From assembly GCA_041657885.1 (NCBI GenBank), contig JBBABB010000002.1, positions 25,483 to 89,482 on the forward strand: DNA of 64,000 nt, given 5' to 3'. Both the position numbers and the translations under genes were made by a program. Below the pieces are notes generated by a model. That model ran no database searches. It worked only from the letters and a program-made list of their open reading frames with translations, and was not told the DNA's origin. Positions 1-9,319 of this stretch are shown one piece after another. Position 1 is the first letter of the stretch, and the number at the start of each line of letters is the position of its first letter. The DNA is from Minisyncoccota bacterium (lineage in GTDB: Bacteria > Patescibacteriota > Minisyncoccia > Phycocordibacterales > UBA9973).

Positions 1-1091
1 AGTTTAACTGTATCCCCTGGCATAACCATTTCTACTCCAGTAGGTAATGTTGCTTCTCCAGTAACATCTGTAGTACGAATGTAGAATTGTGGTTTGTATC
101 CAGTAAAGAATGGTGTGTGACGTCCACCTTCTTCTTTCTTTAAAATATAAACTTCACATTCAAATTCTGAGTGAGGAGTAACAGTTCCTGGTTTTGCAAG
201 AACTTGTCCACGAGTAACATCTTCTTTTTTAATACCACGAATAAGGACACCAGCATTATCTCCGGCCATACCCTCTTTCAAATTTTTGTTGAACATTTCA
301 ATGCCAGTAACTGTTGTTTTTGCTGTAGGTTTAATACCAACAATTTCAACGTCTTCTCCTACTTTTACTATTCCGCGTTCAATCTTACCAGTAACGACTG
401 TCCCACGTCCTTCAATAGAGAAGATATCTTCAATCGGCATTAGAAATGGTTTTGTAATATCACGTTCTGGAATTGGAATGTAAGTATCTAGAGCATTTAC
501 TAGGTCTAAGACCTTCTTTGCCCATTCATCATCATTGCTTGTTGAATCAAGAGCTTTAAGAGCTGAACCGCGGATTACTGGAGCATTTACACCATCATAT
601 CCTTGTTTTGTAAGAAGTTCACGAACTTCTTCTTCAACTAGGTCAAGCATTTCTGGGTCATCCACCATATCACATTTGTTTAAGAATACGATAATTTTTG
701 GAACGTTGACTTGCTTTGCAAGAAGAATGTGCTCACGTGTCTGAGGCATAACCCCATCTGTAGCCGCAACAACAATAATAGCTCCGTCCATTTGAGCGGC
801 ACCAGTAATCATATTCTTAATATAGTCGGCGTGACCTGGAGCATCAATGTGTGCGTAATGACGCGCTGGTGTCCAGTATTCGTTGTGAGAAAGAGCAATC
901 GTGATACCACGAGCTTTTTCTTCTGGAGCTGAGTCAATCTGGTCAACTCCTCTAATCTTGGCACCATATCCAGTGCCTTGTCTTGCTAAAATTTTTAAAA
1001 TAGCCGCAGTCAATGTAGTTTTCCCATGGTCAACGTGACCAATAGTCCCTACATTTACATGGGGTTTATCTCTCTTAAATTCTTCTGCCAT
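1..1091 (-). CDS. tuf: Elongation factor Tu (3' end runs off the window)
   Basis: Manual minus-strand translation from ATG at 1091: [28 protein letters not shown]...RGITI...[25 protein letters not shown]; absent from the ORF track because it is truncated. Confidence 0.98.
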   Translation of the reverse strand, partial: MAEEFKRDKPHVNVGTIGHVDHGKTTLTAAILKILARQGTGYGAKIRGVDQIDSAPEEKARGITIALSHNEYWTPARHYAHIDAPGHADYIKNMITGAAQMDGAIIVVAATDGVMPQTREHILLAKQVNVPKIIVFLNKCDMVDDPEMLDLVEEEVRELLTKQGYDGVNAPVIRGSALKALDSTSNDDEWAKKVLDLVNALDTYIPIPERDITKPFLMPIEDIFSIEGRGTVVTGKIERGIVKVGEDVEIVGIKPTAKTTVTGIEMFNKNLKEGMAGDNAGVLIRGIKKEDVTRGQVLAKPGTVTPHSEFECEVYILKKEEGGRHTPFFTGYKPQFYIRTTDVTGEATLPTGVEMVMPGDTVK

Positions 1092-1213
1092 ATATTTTTA
1101 TTGGTTGATAAAAAGAATAAAATATACGAGTAACCTTACTTTATTCAAACTACCAACATAAATTATTAATAAATATAGTTTCTATACTAGCAGGTTTAAA
1201 AAAAAATGCAAGC

Positions 1214-1281
1214 CCCCACACCTACTTTTTTATTGCAGGCATTAGCCTGCGTTTTTAAACTATAAAAAAGTAGGTGTGGGG
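1214..1281. mobile_element. MITE-like element A, CCCCACACC family (68 bp)
   Basis: Arms CCCCACACCTACTTTTTTAT / ATAAAAAAGTAGGTGTGGGG; GCAAGC on both flanks. Confidence 0.8.
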
Positions 1282-1291
1282 GCAAGCAGAA

Positions 1292-1335
1292 CTCTTCCTC
1301 CCCTGCTAAGGGTAGGTATCCAAAGGACGGAGGGG
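1292..1335. repeat. CCCCTC-family palindromic element (intergenic copy)
   Basis: Reverse complement CCCCTCCGTCCTTTGGATACCTACCCTTAGCAGGGGAGGAA resembles the cca insert 24073-24122 and element 59574-59665. Confidence 0.7.
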
Positions 1336-4300
1336 TTATTGTTCTTTTATAATTAGAGTGATAACTTTTGTTACAACAGTTTTCTCTTTTGAACCTGAAG
1401 TATTTGAACATGTAAGGATGTAAGTAGTTGTTACGATTGGAGATACTATACGAGTACCTTGTTTTGTTCCCCCCGTATCAAATCCAGTACCAGTACAAGA
1501 ATCAGCTAGAGGTGAATCCCATGCGAGAGTTGATGACCTTCCTTCAAAGATTGTAGATGGATTTGCTTCAAATATAGTAGTATCACTTGGAGCATCTATT
1601 ACGCATTTTGCTGGTAGTGGTAATAGTTGCCAGTGTGTAGTAGGAGCACAGCCTGCTGTCACTGATAATGTTTTCAATGACAAAGCCCCGCTATATAAGG
1701 TGAGTATTTTCTCAACACCATAAACCAGAGAAAACGTTGCAGTTCCTGAAACTGCTGTCGTTGAAGGGACTATAGGACTAGTTCCATAACTTGCATCCAC
1801 TCTAGAATTACCAATTTTGTTTGTTACAGCCCAATCTAATTGAGCATCATTACAACTACTATTTCCTTCTGTAATTGAGCAACCACCCGAAGAAAGAGTT
1901 CCACTTGGAGTGACGCATTTACTCCCATCCCAAAATGTTTGAGGGGTGTCAGTACAGTCCGCATTAACTGTTTCTCTCTTTAATTCTACACCATTGTGAT
2001 AAAGATAAAATATTCTTCCTCCGCTAACTGATGTGTTTCCAACATTATAATTTACTGCGCCTGCGTTTGTTGATGAAACTCCTGTTCCTCCACCTCCGAC
2101 AATCGTATTACTAGGTTCTGTCGTAACAGCAGAAACAGAATTTACCGGATAAATTGTATTCCAACTTATATTGACAGGGCAACTACTTTCACCTTCACCT
2201 ATTTTACAACTAAGCGGATTAATCGTTAGTGTTCCCGACGGAGGATTACATATACCGTTTCCTAGAGTTGTATTTACCGGACACTCCGTATTTACCGTAA
2301 TCAAACCGGAAGTTCCTACCGCTGTTGTCGTCGTTGTATTTTGACATCGGATATAGTAACCGTAGGCACCAATTCCATTTGGAGAAGTATAAGTTTTTGT
2401 ATTGATTACATCTTTAGTTGCGGAAGTATATGCGGTTAAATCTGTTTGATTATTATCTAACAGTTTACATTGAACTAAACCTGAGTTTGTCGTCGGAGTG
2501 TAAGTGAAAGAAACATTTGTATTTGGAGTTGTATTGTAAGTTAGTGGAGAAGCAGTGACAGAGACAGTGACAGAGGTACAAGTTCCGGCAATAATTACTG
2601 AACCTGCTACACAAGTTGTACATGTTGGAGGGTTGGTTGCTCCATTTGCACAAGCAGTTGGTGTAAATGTAGCACTGATTGTATGATTGGCTGTGATGTT
2701 AGAAAATGTATATGAATTAGCAACAGTGATAGCACTTCCATCAACTGTTAGTGAAGCTATAGAATAATTAGTAATAGGAGTAATAGTATATATTTGATTA
2801 GAACCATATGCAACACTTGTTACGCCTGTTGGTGTTACTGTTCCATTTGCCCCTGATGAAGCTGTGATTGTTGGTCTAACTCGACAAGCTCCAGAAACAA
2901 AGTCACTACCTGTTGCACACGCCGTATTCACCGTAATCAAACCAGAAGTCCCTACCGCTGTTGTCGTTGTATTTTGACATCGAATATAGTAACCGTAGGC
3001 ACCAATTCCATTTGGAGAAGCATAAGTTTTTGTATTGACTACATCTTTAGTTGCGGAAGCATATGCGGTTAAATCTGCTTGATTATTATCTAACAGTTTA
3101 CATTGAACTAAACCTGAGTTTGTCGTCGGAGTGTAAGTGAAAGAAACATTTGTATTTGGAGTTGTATTGTAAGTTGTTGGAGAAGCAGTGACAGAGACAG
3201 TGACAGAGGTACATATTCCACCTATTATTGCAGAACCTGGCGGACAAGTTGTACACGTTGGATAGTTTGATGCTCCGTTTGAACAAATAAGCGAACAACC
3301 ATATATATTGCTAGGTCCAGTAGCATTATAATTAGTATCTGTAGCTGTTGTACATCCATACTTTGGGGCAGAACAAGTCGTTACTGTTCCACAAGTCCAT
3401 TTCCAGAGAAGTGAAGTATCAACAGGAGAACTTGAATTGAGCGTTCCAATTGTACAGGCACTTGTTCCAGTTGGTTCAGGATTTTGTGGGGTAGAACCAC
3501 TCCCGGGACCACAAGAATCAACAGGAACTGGAACATTGGTCCATGAGCTACAGTTATCGCCTTCATTCGATTCTGTAATCACCCCGCCACCCGCCGCTGA
3601 AGTCTTGTCGGCACAAACTCTGATTGAATACGTTCCAGCAGAACTAAATATATGACTAACACTTATAGTATTTGTTCCACTTGCAGCAAGAGTTGTCATT
3701 GAAGTAGATGTTTTGTCGGTAATAGTTCCTCCACCGTTGGCCGATGATGCAACTTGGAAGAAATTACTAAAGCTTGCACCTGTTGAAGCATTACCATTGT
3801 TTGTAATTGTTGAAGTGAAAGTTTGAGCAACGTTTATGTAAGCAGAAGATGGTGTTGGAGCTGAAGCTGTGAGATTAGGAGCAGGGCATGCTGGAGTTGT
3901 GAATGAGGCAGGAGTAACTGTCCATCCCGTTCCAGTTGTATTCGTCGCACAACCATACACATAGTATATAGTACTTGGAGTTAACCCCGTTTTAGACATT
4001 GTATATACCCCAGTTGTTCTACCTCCTTGGTCTACACAAGTTCCTGGTGAACCAATAGTAACAGAAGTCCCGCGGGCAGAAAGAGTGGCAGGAACACCTA
4101 AAGATGTAACATTTGCCCCAACTGTTGCGCTATTACAAGTTACAGAAGTTGCAGTTGGACTTGTGACAGTTGGAATAACTCCGACAGGTGCACATACTGA
4201 TCCATTCCAAGATGTAGCTACCGGAGTTTGAGAACAGCTAACAGTAATCGGTAAACTAGCAAGTATATTATCAACAGAAGTTCCATTATTTTCTCCATCA

Positions 4301-5859
4301 ACTTTATTTTTAGAAGTAAGAGTCACTGTTCCACTAGTCCCCCCTACAGAAATAGCACTTCCACTAAATGTTACATTGGTGTTACTACCAGAATTCCCAG
4401 AAACGACAGAAGTTCCTCCCGTTAAAGTAGTCGTTACCCCAGATTTTGGATTTGTTGTCCCCCAATTCATCGGAATATTACAACTTCCTTGTCCCGAAGA
4501 AATTGTACAGGCAGGTGAATACGTCGCAGCTAGAGTTCCAGATTGAGCCAATACATTTTGTATTGCACTTTTTGTAGTAGGAGAAGAAGAATTAGTACAA
4601 TCAAGCTGAAAATCGTTACTGTTGTTTTGTAGGCTTGAGACATTTTTTGGCTGGGGACTAAGATTATTATAAAATGTACCATATGTAGTACCATCAGTAT
4701 TATTTTTTAATATACAACCTCCAGAAGTAAGACCACTAACATTAACCACTAAATATGCCGTACCAATACCACTAGAGTCAGAACTACTTTTTTTAACTAA
4801 ATTTTTACTAGGATTATCTTTTTTTGTAAGTGTAACAGTCACAGTTTGAGAAATTAAATTAAACGTACCAATACATCTCACTGTTCTATTCATTGTAACC
4901 TGTCCATCGTTACAATCAGCATCATAAACCCAAGAACAGCCACTAGGACCTGAGCATGATAAACCAGTCCACCCAGCAAATGTTGAACCTGAACTTGGAG
5001 TAGCTGTAATATAGGCAGTTCGATTTAATAAATAATTCCCCGATCCGGTGAAAGACCCCGTGCCAGTTCCAGCAGATTCAGTTGAAAGTGCGTAGACATT
5101 GGAATCACAATTCATCCCATTCCATAAGGTACCAGAAGTACAAGAAGCCGTTGCCGAATCTGAAGATAACTGTACTCCGTTATAGAAAAGACGAAAGCTT
5201 CTAGTGGCTGTGCGATATTGATTAGTATCATCACCAACAATAGTTATAGGGTAAGTAGTACTGCCTGAAGTCAATGATGTTGGAGCTATTACATCAGTAT
5301 TCCAAGGAGTTGTTACAACTCTAGAAATTGCATTAGCAATAGGATTTGCTACACTCCAATTTATTTGGGAATTACAACTATTATATCCTGCCTGAACAGG
5401 ACAATCATTGGCATTTAAAACACCTGAGGGATTAGGCCCACCACCACCGATAGTAACAGTTGCTGACGCTGCAACTGAAGTATATCCAGACCTACTACAA
5501 GTTACAGTATAAGTTGTGGTTTGAGTAGGATTATAGACGACAGAACCAGAGGGAGTTGCTGCTTCAGCTTCTTTTATCCCTAATAAACTCGCAAACTTTT
5601 GTAGAAATGTTGATGGTACAAATGGTAATGGTAAAGTATTATTAATTCCTATAGGAACTCCTCCAGCATTAACAGTAATCGCACAAGTAGTGGCAATCGT
5701 TGATGACCAAGTAAGAGTTACAGGATTCCCTGATGCAACTGAAGTAGGAGATACACTGGCTTGAACGGTAATTCCAGTAAGAGCAGAAGCATTATTTGCA
5801 AAAAATAATGAACCGACCAAAATAATACTTAACACAAAAATTTTTGATAGATTTTTCAT
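1336..5859 (-). CDS. Large secreted Thr/Ser/Cys-rich surface protein (1507 aa) with Ig-like/CARDB-like modules
   Basis: Signal peptide ending ANNASA; CARDB-like PNLTAS...YSIRVCADK...ESNEGDNCSSW; repeated Cys-paired beta modules. Confidence 0.85.
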   Translation of the reverse strand: MKNLSKIFVLSIILVGSLFFANNASALTGITVQASVSPTSVASGNPVTLTWSSTIATTCAITVNAGGVPIGINNTLPLPFVPSTFLQKFASLLGIKEAEAATPSGSVVYNPTQTTTYTVTCSRSGYTSVAASATVTIGGGGPNPSGVLNANDCPVQAGYNSCNSQINWSVANPIANAISRVVTTPWNTDVIAPTSLTSGSTTYPITIVGDDTNQYRTATRSFRLFYNGVQLSSDSATASCTSGTLWNGMNCDSNVYALSTESAGTGTGSFTGSGNYLLNRTAYITATPSSGSTFAGWTGLSCSGPSGCSWVYDADCNDGQVTMNRTVRCIGTFNLISQTVTVTLTKKDNPSKNLVKKSSSDSSGIGTAYLVVNVSGLTSGGCILKNNTDGTTYGTFYNNLSPQPKNVSSLQNNSNDFQLDCTNSSSPTTKSAIQNVLAQSGTLAATYSPACTISSGQGSCNIPMNWGTTNPKSGVTTTLTGGTSVVSGNSGSNTNVTFSGSAISVGGTSGTVTLTSKNKVDGENNGTSVDNILASLPITVSCSQTPVATSWNGSVCAPVGVIPTVTSPTATSVTCNSATVGANVTSLGVPATLSARGTSVTIGSPGTCVDQGGRTTGVYTMSKTGLTPSTIYYVYGCATNTTGTGWTVTPASFTTPACPAPNLTASAPTPSSAYINVAQTFTSTITNNGNASTGASFSNFFQVASSANGGGTITDKTSTSMTTLAASGTNTISVSHIFSSAGTYSIRVCADKTSAAGGGVITESNEGDNCSSWTNVPVPVDSCGPGSGSTPQNPEPTGTSACTIGTLNSSSPVDTSLLWKWTCGTVTTCSAPKYGCTTATDTNYNATGPSNIYGCSLICSNGASNYPTCTTCPPGSAIIGGICTSVTVSVTASPTTYNTTPNTNVSFTYTPTTNSGLVQCKLLDNNQADLTAYASATKDVVNTKTYASPNGIGAYGYYIRCQNTTTTAVGTSGLITVNTACATGSDFVSGACRVRPTITASSGANGTVTPTGVTSVAYGSNQIYTITPITNYSIASLTVDGSAITVANSYTFSNITANHTISATFTPTACANGATNPPTCTTCVAGSVIIAGTCTSVTVSVTASPLTYNTTPNTNVSFTYTPTTNSGLVQCKLLDNNQTDLTAYTSATKDVINTKTYTSPNGIGAYGYYIRCQNTTTTTAVGTSGLITVNTECPVNTTLGNGICNPPSGTLTINPLSCKIGEGESSCPVNISWNTIYPVNSVSAVTTEPSNTIVGGGGTGVSSTNAGAVNYNVGNTSVSGGRIFYLYHNGVELKRETVNADCTDTPQTFWDGSKCVTPSGTLSSGGCSITEGNSSCNDAQLDWAVTNKIGNSRVDASYGTSPIVPSTTAVSGTATFSLVYGVEKILTLYSGALSLKTLSVTAGCAPTTHWQLLPLPAKCVIDAPSDTTIFEANPSTIFEGRSSTLAWDSPLADSCTGTGFDTGGTKQGTRIVSPIVTTTYILTCSNTSGSKEKTVVTKVITLIIKEQ
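2286..3213. repeat. Internal approx. 295-bp near-identical duplication (2286-2580 and 2922-3213)
   Basis: Manual alignment: about 10 substitutions and one 3-bp indel. Confidence 0.92.
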
Positions 5860-5989
5860 AGTGATAAATTTATAATAATAAAAAAAATATTTATTAAAAC
5901 TAAAGATAATATTAAAAAATAAAATATCTTAATTATTAGAATTATACCACATAAAAAGTATATTAAGAATAGTAATGAGCAAAAAGAAT

Positions 5990-6015
5990 AGCCGTTACGT
6001 GAAAACGCAACGGCT
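5990..6015. terminator. Probable intrinsic terminator of the lipoprotein gene
   Basis: AGCCGTTACGT-GAAA-ACGCAACGGCT hairpin flanked by A/T runs, just downstream of 6039. Confidence 0.6.
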
Positions 6016-6038
6016 CCTTTTTATAAACCAATTAGAGT

Positions 6039-6968
6039 TCATTTCGGATGTATAAAGGTTTCCCTATTGGCATCTTTTTGACTGCCTGGATAATACACCC
6101 AGACTAAAGTGTCCTTTGTAAGTGTCATAATATTATAATTATTATATTCACACAAAGTCAACACAGATCCAGTCAAAGACCATGACCCCTCTTGAGTCTC
6201 ATTCTCACTGCCACAACGAACTTCACCGTTATCATAAACCCCTATTTTAGAAGGTGTAAGATAAAATTTTATCAAATCATCCTTCATGCATTCCCATATG
6301 TCTGCCTCAACCCAGGGATAACCAGATTCTTGTTGGAATTCCAACTTGATTTTTGACCATGGAGCTAAACAAAGTAGTTTTTCCTCATCTGTAAAGACAG
6401 GATCCTTAACTACAACGGTGACACTAGCTGTAGCTGACTTATTAGCTAATCCATAAACAGTTACAGTGTAATCTGTCGTAACCCCAGGTCCAACCTCAGT
6501 AGAACCAGAAAGACCATTTACTCCACCAAAGGTTGCCTTAATGGAAAGTGCATTTTCCGAAGTCCAACTGATAGTTGTCATTTCCCCTTCAAAAATTTCT
6601 GAGGGAGTAGCAGTAATAGCAACAGTCAGAACCTCAGTAGGCTCTTTTGCAACAATTTTTAGTTGCTGTTGAGCAGGAGCTATATCCATATTGCCTATTG
6701 GATAGGCGGTACAGGTAACAGTGATATTTTTATCTATCACTATTTCCTTGGTTCCTGAAAGAGGAACCGTGTCTTTGTTCACTATCACAATGCTAGCGTT
6801 TTCTACACTCCATCGGATAGTAACAACATCGCCAATCTCACACGAATCAGCCGAAGCTGAAAAAACACGTATAATTGGCTTAAGATTCACAACCGGTTCT
6901 TCTTCACATCCTGTAAACATAAGCAGGGAAAGAAAAAGACCCATCAGAAGAGAAAGCATCTTTTTCAT
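6039..6968 (-). CDS. Putative lipoprotein, two Ig-like repeats plus lipocalin-like C-terminal domain
   Basis: Lipobox-like LLMFTG-C; two 'TIxWS/WT..ENA' Ig-like repeats; C-terminal W...ECMKDD...GSWSL...TLTKDTL pattern. Confidence 0.7.
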   Translation of the reverse strand: MKKMLSLLMGLFLSLLMFTGCEEEPVVNLKPIIRVFSASADSCEIGDVVTIRWSVENASIVIVNKDTVPLSGTKEIVIDKNITVTCTAYPIGNMDIAPAQQQLKIVAKEPTEVLTVAITATPSEIFEGEMTTISWTSENALSIKATFGGVNGLSGSTEVGPGVTTDYTVTVYGLANKSATASVTVVVKDPVFTDEEKLLCLAPWSKIKLEFQQESGYPWVEADIWECMKDDLIKFYLTPSKIGVYDNGEVRCGSENETQEGSWSLTGSVLTLCEYNNYNIMTLTKDTLVWVYYPGSQKDANRETFIHPK

Positions 6969-7036
6969 GATATGATTTATTTGTTTATTTTTTCAAGAGG
7001 ATTTGTTTAAATTTATCGTGACAAACGCTTATTTAT

Positions 7037-7121
7037 CCCCACACCTATATTTCCATCAAAAATATATAACAGCAGGGTATTTTTACTAAAAAAGCAGAAT
7101 GATGGGAATATGGGTGTGGGG
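7037..7121. mobile_element. MITE-like element B, CCCCACACC family (85 bp)
   Basis: Arms CCCCACACCTATATTTCCATCA / TGATGGGAATATGGGTGTGGGG; ATTTAT on both flanks. Confidence 0.8.
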
Positions 7122-7209
7122 ATTTATCAAGATAAAATTAAACAAATCCGAACAATATGCCTTTGTACTAATTATCTAAGTAATTAAGCATCATGTCAAG
7201 GAGTTTTAC

Positions 7210-7346
7210 CCCCACACCCACTTTTTCATTGCTTTAATATTGTGCCATTAAAATATTCAGAAATATATAAAATATCTTTATAAATCAAGTATAAATAATA
7301 ATATTCCTAAAAAATAAAGCACAATGATGAAAAAGTAGGTGTGGGG
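7210..7346. mobile_element. MITE-like element C, CCCCACACC family (137 bp)
   Basis: Arms CCCCACACCCACTTTTTCAT / ATGAAAAAGTAGGTGTGGGG around an AT-rich core. Confidence 0.78.
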
Positions 7347-7363
7347 GTTTATGCACTTTTTAT

Positions 7364-7489
7364 CCCCACACCTATATTTTTATAGATTTTCATCTTTTAA
7401 ATAAAAAACTACTTAATTGGTATTTCTAATAAATTATCGCGTAAAAATAGACATTTTGTATTCAAAATAATAAAAATATAGGTGTGGGG
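7364..7489. mobile_element. MITE-like element D, CCCCACACC family (126 bp)
   Basis: Arms CCCCACACCTATATTTTTAT / ATAAAAATATAGGTGTGGGG; flanks TTTTAT / ATTTAT. Confidence 0.8.
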
Positions 7490-7495
7490 ATTTAT

Positions 7496-7817
7496 CCCAC
7501 CTTGCCACCTATATTTTTATTGCAGGCTCCTTTTTATCCTAATTTTAAGTTGAAATAATGCCCTGCCGTCCTTTTTTAGAGACGATTCTCTTTTCCTTGC
7601 ATCACTCTCATCAAAATATGATTCATAATATCTAAGTTCAAAAGGACGACGACTTTTAGTGGAAAAAACTTTACCATTATTATGATCCGAGAGCCTGCGT
7701 CGTAAATCATTTGTTGAGCCAATGTAAATATTATTGTCTTTTTTACTTTTTAAAATATATAAGTAGAACATATATTTATATTATATGATTTATGACTATA
7801 AAAATATAGGTGTGGGG
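7496..7817. mobile_element. Element E, CCCCACACC family, enclosing a GIY-YIG gene (322 bp)
   Basis: Left arm CCCAC-CTTGC-CACCTATATTTTTAT (disrupted), right arm ATAAAAATATAGGTGTGGGG; ATTTAT on both flanks. Confidence 0.72.
7517..7771 (-). CDS. Stand-alone GIY-YIG nuclease (84 aa)
   Basis: YLYIL...YIGSTNDLRRRLSDHNNG...RE motifs intact. Confidence 0.93.
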   Translation of the reverse strand: MFYLYILKSKKDNNIYIGSTNDLRRRLSDHNNGKVFSTKSRRPFELRYYESYFDESDARKRESSLKKDGRALFQLKIRIKRSLQ

Positions 7818-7949
7818 ATTTATCCACAGGGCTCCAAAACCCTTTCCATAGTAGCAAGGACGGTCCTTGCTAATTTTTTATAAACCTTCAAAATTATTTA
7901 TGCAATCATTGAGATATTGCATTAATATACCATTTATGCTAGGATGTGG

Positions 7950-7980
7950 ACTGGAGATTAGGTTAAACCTAAGTTCCAGT
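7950..7980. promoter_or_regulatory. Inverted repeat, probable autoregulatory operator of the AbiE operon
   Basis: ACTGGA-GA-TTAGGTT-A-AACCTAA-GT-TCCAGT between a TTGCAT-17-TAGGAT promoter-like sequence and the ATG at 7987. Confidence 0.55.
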
Positions 7981-7986
7981 AGATAT

Positions 7987-8583
7987 ATGAATAATAAAGC
8001 TAAAAAAGGGGAATATTTAGACATTCTATTAAGATCAAAGAATAGCGTATTTTCAACGAAAGATATCGCTTTGCTTTGGCGTGATGTTCAAACAACGGCA
8101 TCGCAAGTAAGATTGAACTATTATGTTAAAGCTGGGAAGCTTATTAGAATTCGTAGAGGTATTTATGCAAAAGATAAAAATTATGATAAATATGAATTTG
8201 CGACTAAGATTTTTAGACCCTCATATATAAGTTTTGAAACTGTCTTAGGTGCATCTGGTATGACTTTCCAATATTATGGAAATATTTTTATTGCTTCATA
8301 TTTAAAGAGGGAGATTAAATGTGACGGACAAACTTATTCTTTTGTAAAAATGAAGGATTCTATTTTAAGTAACCCAAAAGGAATAGATCAAACAGGTGAA
8401 TATGCTATTGCTTCAAAAGAAAGAGCTTTCTTGGATACAATTTATAGAAGTAAAAAGTATTATTTTGATAATCATTCTCCGCTTGATTGGGATAAGGTAT
8501 TTGAAATGTTGCCAATTTATAATAATAAAAAAATGGCAAAAACTGTGCAAAAATATTATAAGGATTATAAAACTACTAAATAA
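7987..8583 (+). CDS. AbiEi-type antitoxin (type IV toxin-antitoxin), winged-helix regulator
   Basis: VFSTKDIA...GKLIRIRRGIY...PSYISFETVL...IASKERAFLD; start placed at ATG 7987; coupled to the toxin gene. Confidence 0.85.
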   Translation: MNNKAKKGEYLDILLRSKNSVFSTKDIALLWRDVQTTASQVRLNYYVKAGKLIRIRRGIYAKDKNYDKYEFATKIFRPSYISFETVLGASGMTFQYYGNIFIASYLKREIKCDGQTYSFVKMKDSILSNPKGIDQTGEYAIASKERAFLDTIYRSKKYYFDNHSPLDWDKVFEMLPIYNNKKMAKTVQKYYKDYKTTK

Positions 8584-8585
8584 AT

Positions 8586-9290
8586 ATGACATTAAATTAT
8601 CCAATACATAAAAATATTCTCGTACAGATACTTATTGATATTTACTCGGATACGACAATTAGCCCATATTTAGGTTTTAAAGGTGGAACGGCTGCTTATT
8701 TGTTCTATGGACTTGATCGTTATTCTGTTGACTTAGATATTGATATTTTAGATGAATCAAAAGAAGATTACATCTTTGAACAAGTTGAAAAAATAGGGAG
8801 AAAATATGGAGAAGTAAAAGAATCTCAAAAGAAAAGATTTAATCTAATATTTTTAATATCGTATGAGAATAAAGAAAAAAATGCTCAGAATATAAAAATT
8901 GAGATTAATCGTAGGTCTTTTGATTCAAAATATGAAGTTCGTGCCTTTAATGGTATTTCAATGCTTGTAATGGTCAAAGAAGATATGTTTGCTCATAAGC
9001 TTGTAGCCATGCACGAACGACTAGGAATAACTAATCGTGATATTTTTGATGTATGGTTTTTCTCAAAAAATAACTGGGAAATTAATAAAGAAATTATAGA
9101 AAAAAGAACAGGAATGTCATATAAAAAATTTCTTGAAGTATGCATTAAAGAATTAGAAAAGATGAATAATAACAATATTCTCCATGGTCTTGGTGAGCTT
9201 ATAACAGAAAAACAGAAAGCTTGGGTAAGATCAAAATTAAAACTTGAGACAATTTTACAACTAAAATTAAGATTAGAATCCGAAAATTAA
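8586..9290 (+). CDS. AbiEii-family nucleotidyltransferase toxin
   Basis: FKGGTA...YGLDRYSVDLD motif, HKLVA, RDIFD. Confidence 0.92.
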   Translation: MTLNYPIHKNILVQILIDIYSDTTISPYLGFKGGTAAYLFYGLDRYSVDLDIDILDESKEDYIFEQVEKIGRKYGEVKESQKKRFNLIFLISYENKEKNAQNIKIEINRRSFDSKYEVRAFNGISMLVMVKEDMFAHKLVAMHERLGITNRDIFDVWFFSKNNWEINKEIIEKRTGMSYKKFLEVCIKELEKMNNNNILHGLGELITEKQKAWVRSKLKLETILQLKLRLESEN

Positions 9291-9319
9291 TTTCATCATA
9301 AATATTTTTTGAGTGTTTT

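Noticed and set aside
171-1411. Short ORFs at 171, 286, 535, 711 and 1196
   Set aside because: Antisense shadows of tuf or read-through of repeats; the same applies to most short antisense ORFs in the track
2286-3213. DGR template/variable repeat pair
   Set aside because: Both copies are coding, differences include non-adenine changes and an indel, and no reverse transcriptase is in the window
7037-7817. Integron attC cassette array
   Set aside because: No RYYYAAC/GTTRRRY cores; the gene lies inside the arms rather than between sites; no IntI seen
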